From IMG/VR virus record IMGVR_UViG_3300047499_000113, positions 124,001 to 188,000 of that record: DNA of 64,000 nt, one strand, 5' to 3'. Below are positions 57,615 to 64,000 of the stretch, one piece after another. A program made the position numbers and the translations under genes. The notes beneath the pieces are model-generated. The model did not search any database and was not told the origin of the DNA. It worked only from the letters and a program-made list of their open reading frames with translations. The stretch's first letter is position 1; every line of letters begins with the position of its first letter.

Positions 57615-57866
57615 ATGCCCAACTACCAGATCGAAATGCTCTGGCGCTGCGTTTGCAACGCCAAACAAGTCAACAAGGGCTTGTCCCGGCATTGCAGTAG
57701 TTGTGGGCGTCCGAAGGGCCCCGACATGGAGGAGTTCTTCCCGGATGATATAAGTATCCGGGCTGCCCTCCGGCGTGGAAATCTTGCCGTAGTCACTCGA
57801 TGGGGACGATTGCAGCGTCGCCGCGGTCACGAAACTGCGGAAGTGACACTTCGTGCAGGATGTTGA
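57615..57866 (+). CDS. Short zinc-ribbon ORF, possibly a truncated gene remnant
   Basis: IEMLWRCVC...NKG..RHCSSCGRP. TACAAT 6 nt before the ATG. The 3' end overlaps the convergent sigma-like gene. Confidence 0.4.
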   Translation: MPNYQIEMLWRCVCNAKQVNKGLSRHCSSCGRPKGPDMEEFFPDDISIRAALRRGNLAVVTRWGRLQRRRGHETAEVTLRAGC

Positions 57867-58566
57867 AGTGCTTGTCCGAAATGGCGAAGAACACGGTCCA
57901 ATACTTGCCGTACTTGGAGTTCTTGACCGCGTCCTCGAGTTCGTGCTCGGCCGCTTCGACTTCGTCCTGAGAACGACCCTGCTTGCGCATCATCTGCACT
58001 TGGACCTGCTTCTCGCGAGCCTCCTCGGCGATGAGGTCCTTAATGCGTTGAAGAGCGCGGAAGAAACGATGACGGACCCGGCCTTGGGTCAGGTTCATCT
58101 GCTTGGCGATCTCTGACTGGCATGTAGTCTCGTACATGCGCCAGAGAATCTCCCTGTCCTGATCACAGAACTTGGGCCCAAGTTCCAGCTCGAACAGCTC
58201 CTCGTCCAACTCGGGAATGGTGCGGAGGAATTGAATGCGCTTGATGCCGCGGTGAAGACGATAACTCACGGCCGCCTGGGTGATGCGGAACAACTTGGCT
58301 ATCTGTTCCTGCTTCATCTTGTCGTGGTGATACAGACGGATGAGATCCGCCTCGCGCGGCGGGATCCTATCCAGGTACGGCGCCACGGCGGCGAAATCGA
58401 GTGACCGGCTCTCGGCTTTCAGCTCCTCTTCGGGCTCCGGCGCGAGTTGCGCTTCGATCAGCTCGTCGAGGTCTTGTTCGGTGTCGGCGTCGTAGCCGAG
58501 CCTATCTTTGGTGCTGTAGCGAGAAGAGAGATTACTCGGATCCTGGATCAGGATATGGGATGACAT
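57793..58566 (-). CDS. Sigma-70 region-4-like protein with tandem HTH domains
   Basis: PPREADLIRLY...KQEQIAKLFRITQAAVSYRLHRG and DQDREIL...CQSEIAKQMNLTQGRVRHRFFRA. Confidence 0.75.
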   Translation of the reverse strand: MSSHILIQDPSNLSSRYSTKDRLGYDADTEQDLDELIEAQLAPEPEEELKAESRSLDFAAVAPYLDRIPPREADLIRLYHHDKMKQEQIAKLFRITQAAVSYRLHRGIKRIQFLRTIPELDEELFELELGPKFCDQDREILWRMYETTCQSEIAKQMNLTQGRVRHRFFRALQRIKDLIAEEAREKQVQVQMMRKQGRSQDEVEAAEHELEDAVKNSKYGKYWTVFFAISDKHFNILHEVSLPQFRDRGDAAIVPIE

Positions 58567-58583
58567 TTGGCTCCGACCGTGGC

Positions 58584-58671
58584 GACCCGTGAGGATCGGC
58601 AGTTTCCCGAGTATGCGTATTTGTCTGAGGACCCGTGCGGGTCAACGGAGTATACGTATTGGTCTGCGTAT
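58584..58671. repeat. Imperfect tandem repeat upstream of the sigma-like gene
   Basis: gagtatgcgtatttgtctg (58609-58627) and gagtatacgtattggtctg (58648-58666), each preceded by gacccgtgMggRtc. Confidence 0.7.
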
Positions 58672-58736
58672 AACGGCGGAGCCGGTGCTTCCCGGCACGC
58701 TAATGACACACTACCAGATGAATCTTTTGTCTGGAA

Positions 58737-59774
58737 TCAGATACCTTCGAGCCAGCTCTCGAGAGGCACCTGACCATCGCCAACGGCTGCCGGCGGGCGG
58801 AAGGGACCGAAGTCCAGACCCGAGATAAGTAGGTCTTCCCGACAGATGTCGACTGCCAATTGGTAGTCCTTCTTACCGGGTTGGAGGCTCGAGGAGAGGT
58901 CCAGGTCGTCCTGGAGACCCACGAGCCTCCAGTTCATCTCTATACGGGCTCGGTGCTCGAGGGTCTTGGTCCGTTCGCCGTTGCTGAAGCTGGTCAGGCC
59001 CGAGGCGAACACATCTTCCACGGTGGGAAGATGGCACACAGTCATAGCTGTCTTCTTGCGCAGTAGCGGTACGCCGGGGATGCTGTCCGAGTTGTCGCCG
59101 CAAAGCGACTTGAACATCCGCACCTGGCCGCAAGGGACCTTGGGGTGTTTCCCCTTGAGGAGTCGACCCCACACCTCGGCGGACGCCGCGGCATCAACGA
59201 ACCGTTGCTCCTTCGAGCCCGGACGGAACATCACCACACGCGGATCTGTCAGGAGTTGGAAGAAGTCCTTGTCGTCCGACACGACGATGCGGACGGAGTC
59301 CGGATGCTGCTTGCAGAAGCTGGCGATGAGGTCGTCGGCTTCCTCCGCATGATTGTGGTAGACGTCGCACCCGAGGAGTTGCAAGATATGTGACAGGACG
59401 GCGATGTCACTCTCGGCCTCGAAACCGTCGCGGAGCCGGAGTGGGATCTTGACCGTCTCTTCACCGAAGAGCTTGAGATCGTGCTTGGTGTCCTCGCGCT
59501 TGATCTTGTACGTGGGATCGAGCGCTCGCCGGCGCACGGGTGCCCCGTCGAAGAAGATGGATACAGACGTGAACGGCTGCATCTCATAGAGCCAAGAACA
59601 CAGGAACGTAAGGAACCCGTAGATGATGCCGGTCGGATACCCTTTCGGGCCACTCATCAGCGGCCTGCCATCTTTGAGACGGCCTTCGACGAAGACGTAA
59701 AATGCTCGCTGCAGGACGTTATTCCCGTCCACCACGACGTGGCGTTTGGTCTCCGCTCCTCCGATGTGCCTCAC
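58737..59774 (-). CDS. 5'-3' exonuclease/flap endonuclease (PolI N-terminal-like)
   Basis: VVVDGNN...RAF, FFDG, YK..R, EEADDLIAS, VSDDKDFFQL and LCGDNSDSIPGV. Confidence 0.93.
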   Translation of the reverse strand: MRHIGGAETKRHVVVDGNNVLQRAFYVFVEGRLKDGRPLMSGPKGYPTGIIYGFLTFLCSWLYEMQPFTSVSIFFDGAPVRRRALDPTYKIKREDTKHDLKLFGEETVKIPLRLRDGFEAESDIAVLSHILQLLGCDVYHNHAEEADDLIASFCKQHPDSVRIVVSDDKDFFQLLTDPRVVMFRPGSKEQRFVDAAASAEVWGRLLKGKHPKVPCGQVRMFKSLCGDNSDSIPGVPLLRKKTAMTVCHLPTVEDVFASGLTSFSNGERTKTLEHRARIEMNWRLVGLQDDLDLSSSLQPGKKDYQLAVDICREDLLISGLDFGPFRPPAAVGDGQVPLESWLEGI

Positions 59775-60382
59775 GTGTCGTCCTTCTGCAAATACGAGGC
59801 TGGAAAGTCCATGAAGATGCCGCCTCCCTTGATGGAGCGCAGGTTCACGAATACCTGGACTTTCTCACCGTCGTCGTAGATCATCGCGACGCGACCGGGG
59901 AGTCCCTTGTAGCTACCCTTGGTGATTTTGACGCGCTGGTCTTCCTTGAACCTCGAGGCCGTAACTTTCAGGTCCTGCATGCCGTTGCGCATGTGAGACA
60001 GGTCCTTGTCGGTCAAGAGTGAATAGACTCGCTTCTTCTCACCATTGACCGAGCTGAGACTGCTCAGCACCATGTTGAAGTAGTTGGTCTCGGCGAGTTT
60101 GTGGTAACTGACGCCAGGTTCGTACTGCACGAAGACGTAGCCTTCGGAGTACCAGGTAGTCAGAGAGTCATCAATCCCCTTCTGGTTGATGGCCGGGACG
60201 AAGACGTCCAGATCGTTTCGAGCAAGGATCTGATGAGCAGATCGAATGATCAGCTGGATATTCTTCTCCCGCTCCCCAAGGGCCGTCAGCTGCACGACCA
60301 CCCACTGAGAGACGGGTGGCGGAGCAGCGGGCGGAATCGATGCTTTCTTATTCTTGACCTTTGATCCTTTGGAGGAAGCCAC
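59771..60382 (-). CDS. NusG-like transcription elongation/antitermination factor
   Basis: NGN-like WVVVQL...VFVP...GYVFV and KOW motif FKEDQRVKITKGSYKGLPGRV. GTG 60382 has an AAGGAG RBS. Confidence 0.8.
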   Translation of the reverse strand: MASSKGSKVKNKKASIPPAAPPPVSQWVVVQLTALGEREKNIQLIIRSAHQILARNDLDVFVPAINQKGIDDSLTTWYSEGYVFVQYEPGVSYHKLAETNYFNMVLSSLSSVNGEKKRVYSLLTDKDLSHMRNGMQDLKVTASRFKEDQRVKITKGSYKGLPGRVAMIYDDGEKVQVFVNLRSIKGGGIFMDFPASYLQKDDT

Positions 60383-61769
60383 GCGCGAACTCCTTTGGCG
60401 CCATCGGATGGAGATCCTTATCCAACCGTACGTCCGGAGCGCTGGTCGGACCCGTGGCAATCGGGGCCCCACGGCTTCCTTTCTCGAGCTTGTCGTCCAC
60501 TGAGGTGAGCTTTTCGGCCGGAGTGAAGCTCACTCCGTCGATTTCGAGTGCTTTCGGCTTGACGATACGACGTGGAGGCTCCGCCTTGACCTCCGGTTTG
60601 GGCTCGGGAGCCTTCGGAGCCGGTGCAGGCTGGGGAGGGGCCTGCTGGACGGGCGCTGCCTGCGGAGGGGCAGCCTGGGGCGCCGGCGTAGGCGGCGTTG
60701 GAGGCGTTGAGAGCCGCTTCTCCCAGTCGGCCGGCAGAGGAGTGGTAGCGGCAGGAAGATTGGGGATGGCCTCAAACAAGATGGCCTCGACGTCGGCGGC
60801 GCCGGGTTTGTCGAGCTGACCGAGGGCTTTCGCCACAGCGAGCCACGCCGGTCCACGCGTCGCGTACAGCGATGCGGGCACCATCAGGGTCGGCTTCGCC
60901 CCGACACTCGCCCGCACGGCGCTGGTGACCACTTGGATCGTGGTGTCGCGCACCCAGGACGGTCCTTCTGTGTCGAGAAGCTCAGAAATAGCGCTCAGCG
61001 CCACCTTCGGGTCGGACGATAGTCCTTCGAGCGCGGCGACCAGCTTCTCTGTCGCCCCGAGCCTGAAGTATGTCCTGACGTCGTCGACTGTGATAGGCCC
61101 CGCCGACGACAGCATCTCGAGGGCAGTTAGACACGTGCGCGGGCAGTTAGACTGCGCCTGCATGATCAGCTGAAGTGCGTCGTCAGGCGCTTGAATGGAC
61201 TCGGCCTCGCAGACACGATGCAGGTGTCCAAGCAAAACGTCCACGGGCGGCGCAGAGACGGGAAACTCCGTCATCCTGTCGCGCAACGGCCCCTGGATTT
61301 TGTGAGGCTCCGTAGTGCACAGGATGACGAGCATTCGCCGATCTTCGATGCTCTTGAGGAGAGCATCTTGGGCCTGCTTCGTCAGACGCTGCGCTTCGTC
61401 TAGGATGAAAACAGACGGCTTGCCGTTGAGATTCCCGTAGTCGAGTTCCGACACGATGGTACGCATATGCTCGACCGAGCCCTGCGTAGCGGCATCGAAT
61501 TCCTCGAAACTTTCCGCGCTTTCCTGACGCACGCCGAGACATGCGTTGCATACGCCGCAGGGCTCACCGTCCTGCAAATCGTTGCAGACTACAGCGCACG
61601 CCACAATGCGCGCGAGCGAGGTTTTGCCGCAGCCCTTCGGGCCCCCGAACATCAGTGACCGCTCGCCGAGCTTTCCGCCACGACTGAGCTGATGAAGGAG
61701 CTGTACGACAGCTTTGTTCCCCAAGATATCGGCGAACTTCTTGGGTCTGTACTTGAGGTCAAGAGCCAT
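60348..61769 (-). CDS. dnaX: DNA polymerase III gamma/tau-like clamp loader subunit
   Basis: LKYRPKKFADILG, GPKGCGKTSLARI, PCGVCNAC, EFDAA, FILDEAQRL...ALLK.IE, then a Pro-rich linker. Confidence 0.9.
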   Translation of the reverse strand: MALDLKYRPKKFADILGNKAVVQLLHQLSRGGKLGERSLMFGGPKGCGKTSLARIVACAVVCNDLQDGEPCGVCNACLGVRQESAESFEEFDAATQGSVEHMRTIVSELDYGNLNGKPSVFILDEAQRLTKQAQDALLKSIEDRRMLVILCTTEPHKIQGPLRDRMTEFPVSAPPVDVLLGHLHRVCEAESIQAPDDALQLIMQAQSNCPRTCLTALEMLSSAGPITVDDVRTYFRLGATEKLVAALEGLSSDPKVALSAISELLDTEGPSWVRDTTIQVVTSAVRASVGAKPTLMVPASLYATRGPAWLAVAKALGQLDKPGAADVEAILFEAIPNLPAATTPLPADWEKRLSTPPTPPTPAPQAAPPQAAPVQQAPPQPAPAPKAPEPKPEVKAEPPRRIVKPKALEIDGVSFTPAEKLTSVDDKLEKGSRGAPIATGPTSAPDVRLDKDLHPMAPKEFARGFLQRIKGQE

Positions 61770-61790
61770 CGCGCTTATATTACAGCGCGA

Positions 61791-61997
61791 CTAGTTCAAC
61801 CCGTGCGGCCTCGCAGTTTGCATCGTTATGGACTGGCGCCAATAGGCTTCCGCCTCGGCTCGCTCGTTCTCACATAAGTCAGCCCAGGCTTCTTTGAGCT
61901 GCTCGTCGATGCTGTTGACCTTCGCTTCGGCGGAAGAGGGAGACAAGCCCCGTAGTTGGTCTACGAGGTCCTTGTACCGGCGAAGAGCTTCGGACAC
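61791..61997 (-). CDS. Small hypothetical protein
   Basis: 68-aa helical ORF in the operon. Confidence 0.5.
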   Translation of the reverse strand: MSEALRRYKDLVDQLRGLSPSSAEAKVNSIDEQLKEAWADLCENERAEAEAYWRQSITMQTARPHGLN

Positions 61998-61998
61998 T

Positions 61999-62517
61999 TC
62001 ATTTGCCCTTTAGACTGTCGCCGAGTGCTGCCAGGTCTGTGTTCCACTTGCCGTGGCGTGCTGCAATTTCCGGGAATTCCTGCACTTGAGGTGGCCTCAA
62101 TCGGTACTTGTACTCGCCCGTGGTCTCGTCCTCGATGGCGACGCATCTGGCAAGCAGATGGTCGACCAGGGCAGTACGTTGATTCGGCTGCAAGCCGTTC
62201 CAGACATCGAGGGCGACCGTCAGTACGTAGTCAGCACCTTCATCTCCGGCCTTTTGAGCGAGGTGCTTTTCGGTGGGATTGGCCTTCCGGATAGTGCCCG
62301 GAACGGGAGTGCCTGCCGCTTTGGACGCACGATTGCGGCACAAGCAGAGGATGTGAGCGTTCACAAGCTCGTGGTAATACTTCGGCACGAGCTTTTGAAC
62401 TATCTCGAAGACCGACTCCGAGTCCGCGATGATGAGCGGTTCGGGGGCCGCCTTTTGCTTCTTGTCCCGTACGGCGTCGTTCTCATTGGATCGTTCTGCA
62501 GTTTGCACGGTCACCAT
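61999..62517 (-). CDS. Phage metallopeptidase-like protein with degenerate zincin motif
   Basis: DY.L....D.W..L...QR.ALVDHLLARC...PQVQEF.EI..RHG.W matches the putative phage metallopeptidase pattern, but HExxH reads HLLAR. Confidence 0.65.
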   Translation of the reverse strand: MVTVQTAERSNENDAVRDKKQKAAPEPLIIADSESVFEIVQKLVPKYYHELVNAHILCLCRNRASKAAGTPVPGTIRKANPTEKHLAQKAGDEGADYVLTVALDVWNGLQPNQRTALVDHLLARCVAIEDETTGEYKYRLRPPQVQEFPEIAARHGKWNTDLAALGDSLKGK

Positions 62518-63314
62518 CAGATCACTCCCGCGAGTGCCCGTTTGAAGTGAGCCCGGAACCGGTCGTCGCCGACTCGTTTCCAGTAGTCACCCGGGTCTTT
62601 GTCCTTGGGTTGTAGGCAGGGATATTTTACGTTTAAGACCTCGAATTCGTTGCTGAATCGCTCGGTGAAGCCAGTGACACCTTTCCTGCCTGCTTCATCC
62701 ATATCGAGAATGAGGACAATTCGACGGGCGAACCTCCGCAAGAAGCGCAATTGAGATTTGCTGACACCGCTGGTCGTAAGTCCAAGGATGTTCGGAGCGA
62801 TAAGTCGCTCGCAGATCTGATGGTCACCGGGCCCTTCCACAAGAATTGCAGTCCGCGTCGACCAAACCGCAGCTATGTTGGCGGGATTGCAGAAGAAGAA
62901 ACCCTCGGGTCTGCGATGCAGAGCGAACGTGTCGTATTCTTTGCGGTCCAAGTGGCGAATTTGGAAGCCAACATGGACACCCGAATACGAAGTCAGCGGG
63001 AAAACTACGCTGCCGCGAATGCGACGCCCTTGGAATTGCGTCTTCGGGCCGTTTTCTTCCACAGCCTCCCACGTCGAAGACCAGTTCCGGAAGTGGCACG
63101 AATCGCACCACAGGTGCTTCTTCTCGCGGTCAGAGCACTGCGCTCCATGGCCGCGATCTAATGACGAGTCCACCGCATAATCCTCGGCGGTGTAGCCGAG
63201 GCGATGCTCGAACATCTGCGCTTCCGAAATCCCGCGGCCCTGGAGATAGCTCTTGGCATCATCGGACTGCATCAATCCGTGGTATGCCCAGTCCAGAAAT
63301 GCGTCGACATCCAT
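62517..63314 (-). CDS. DnaG-like primase (TOPRIM)
   Basis: AKSYLQGRGI...RLGY, VVFPL...GFQIR, ILVEGPGD, LILDMDEAGRKG and KDPGDY. Confidence 0.88.
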   Translation of the reverse strand: MDVDAFLDWAYHGLMQSDDAKSYLQGRGISEAQMFEHRLGYTAEDYAVDSSLDRGHGAQCSDREKKHLWCDSCHFRNWSSTWEAVEENGPKTQFQGRRIRGSVVFPLTSYSGVHVGFQIRHLDRKEYDTFALHRRPEGFFFCNPANIAAVWSTRTAILVEGPGDHQICERLIAPNILGLTTSGVSKSQLRFLRRFARRIVLILDMDEAGRKGVTGFTERFSNEFEVLNVKYPCLQPKDKDPGDYWKRVGDDRFRAHFKRALAGVI

Positions 63315-63315
63315 C

Positions 63316-63915
63316 TCAGTCAGGCGGGCAGAAAGCCAACCCGTTCCGGACGTTATGTACCAGAATACTCGAGCGACCGCCCACGAACTGAGTGTACATG
63401 CCGACGAAGTCCGGCCGTGAGCAGAACACCGGAAACTCGACCTTGGACGGTGTCACGCGGCAGACTTTGCAGAACACGCCGTCCACCAGGTCCTTGCCGG
63501 CGGCCTTGTTGAAGGCCGTGACGGCTTTACCCTCAGGAGCTAGTACCATGTGCGGCTGGGACTTCATGCCTGATGCTTTCTGTACGTAGCTAAAAGCCGC
63601 ATGAAGTTGTTTCTTGCCGCGAAAGATGTTCGGCCAGTTCTCCTTGACGGCAAGCTCGTACGCCGACTTCATCAGGTCGCCGATGAGTTCGTCGATTCTA
63701 TCCGAGTCGTACTTGAAAACGCCGCTACGAAGCTTGCCGTCCTGCGTGAGCTTGCGCGACACGAGGAAGCGCTTCTCGGGCACATCCATGCCCGAGCCAC
63801 TGATGACTGCAGGCACAAATGCTGGCTTGGCTGGCGTCTCTATCCAAAGCGGGACTGCTTGGATGTTGGCGCGCGAGCGGTGCAGGTCATGGTCAAGAAG
63901 CCGGAGGAGAATCAT
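63316..63915 (-). CDS. Hypothetical protein
   Basis: 199 aa. TACGAT 7 nt before the ATG. First gene of the primase operon. Confidence 0.7.
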   Translation of the reverse strand: MILLRLLDHDLHRSRANIQAVPLWIETPAKPAFVPAVISGSGMDVPEKRFLVSRKLTQDGKLRSGVFKYDSDRIDELIGDLMKSAYELAVKENWPNIFRGKKQLHAAFSYVQKASGMKSQPHMVLAPEGKAVTAFNKAAGKDLVDGVFCKVCRVTPSKVEFPVFCSRPDFVGMYTQFVGGRSSILVHNVRNGLAFCPPD

Positions 63916-64000
63916 CTTTCTGATCGTACCACAAATTCGACGTCAACTCGGGCGGCGGGAGTTGCGGGAGAGCAGGAATTGGCTTCCAGAATTTGGACTG

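Noticed and set aside
16639-61769. Bacterial chromosome or prophage interpretation based on dnaX, nusG, kptA, GT51 and the 5'-3' exonuclease
   Set aside because: These genes are divergent and interleaved with terminase, portal and capsid genes, with no bacterial operon context or integrase in the window.
63316-63915. Faint resemblance of VFCSRPDFVGMY to the capsid C-terminal YITCEPEHFGRI
   Set aside because: Too short to support paralogy without a profile search.
1-64000. Stop-codon reassignment as in some jumbo phages
   Set aside because: Core genes are full length in code 11, and TAG, TGA and TAA all terminate genes at sensible positions.

Overview
This window is a fragment of a large, GC-rich tailed dsDNA phage genome (jumbo-type Caudoviricetes, standard genetic code), with most core genes on the minus strand. 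Reading right to left: (1) a replication/transcription block (DnaG-like primase, DnaX-like clamp loader, NusG-like factor, 5'-3' exonuclease, tandem sigma-region-4 protein); (2) a head-morphogenesis block (probable TerS, TerL, portal, several acidic/Gln-rich probable internal head proteins, an intein-interrupted prohead protease, scaffold, decoration-like protein, short HK97-type major capsid protein); (3) an accessory region of mixed orientation (SF2 helicase, DUF932-like protein, KptA/Tpt1, 2H phosphoesterase, amidase, vWA protein, GT51 peptidoglycan transglycosylase, HNH endonuclease); (4) a fibre/surface block ending in a collagen-like ORF of >1,978 codons that runs off the left edge and is missing from the ORF track. 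The most notable patterns not explained by gene annotation are two separate peptide tags, each partly matching a promoter class. At least seven unrelated small accessory proteins end in the same C-terminal motif, roughly [VA]-x-x-[VIL]-[MH]-E-S-stop, and some of these have leaderless -10 promoters. Probable virion proteins instead share an IAxRVA helix and/or (K/R)-x-A motifs plus portable modules, and many sit behind a TAGGCYNYYYAT-like motif. No tRNA, rRNA or CRISPR array was seen. All family assignments come from motif recognition by eye, not from database searches.
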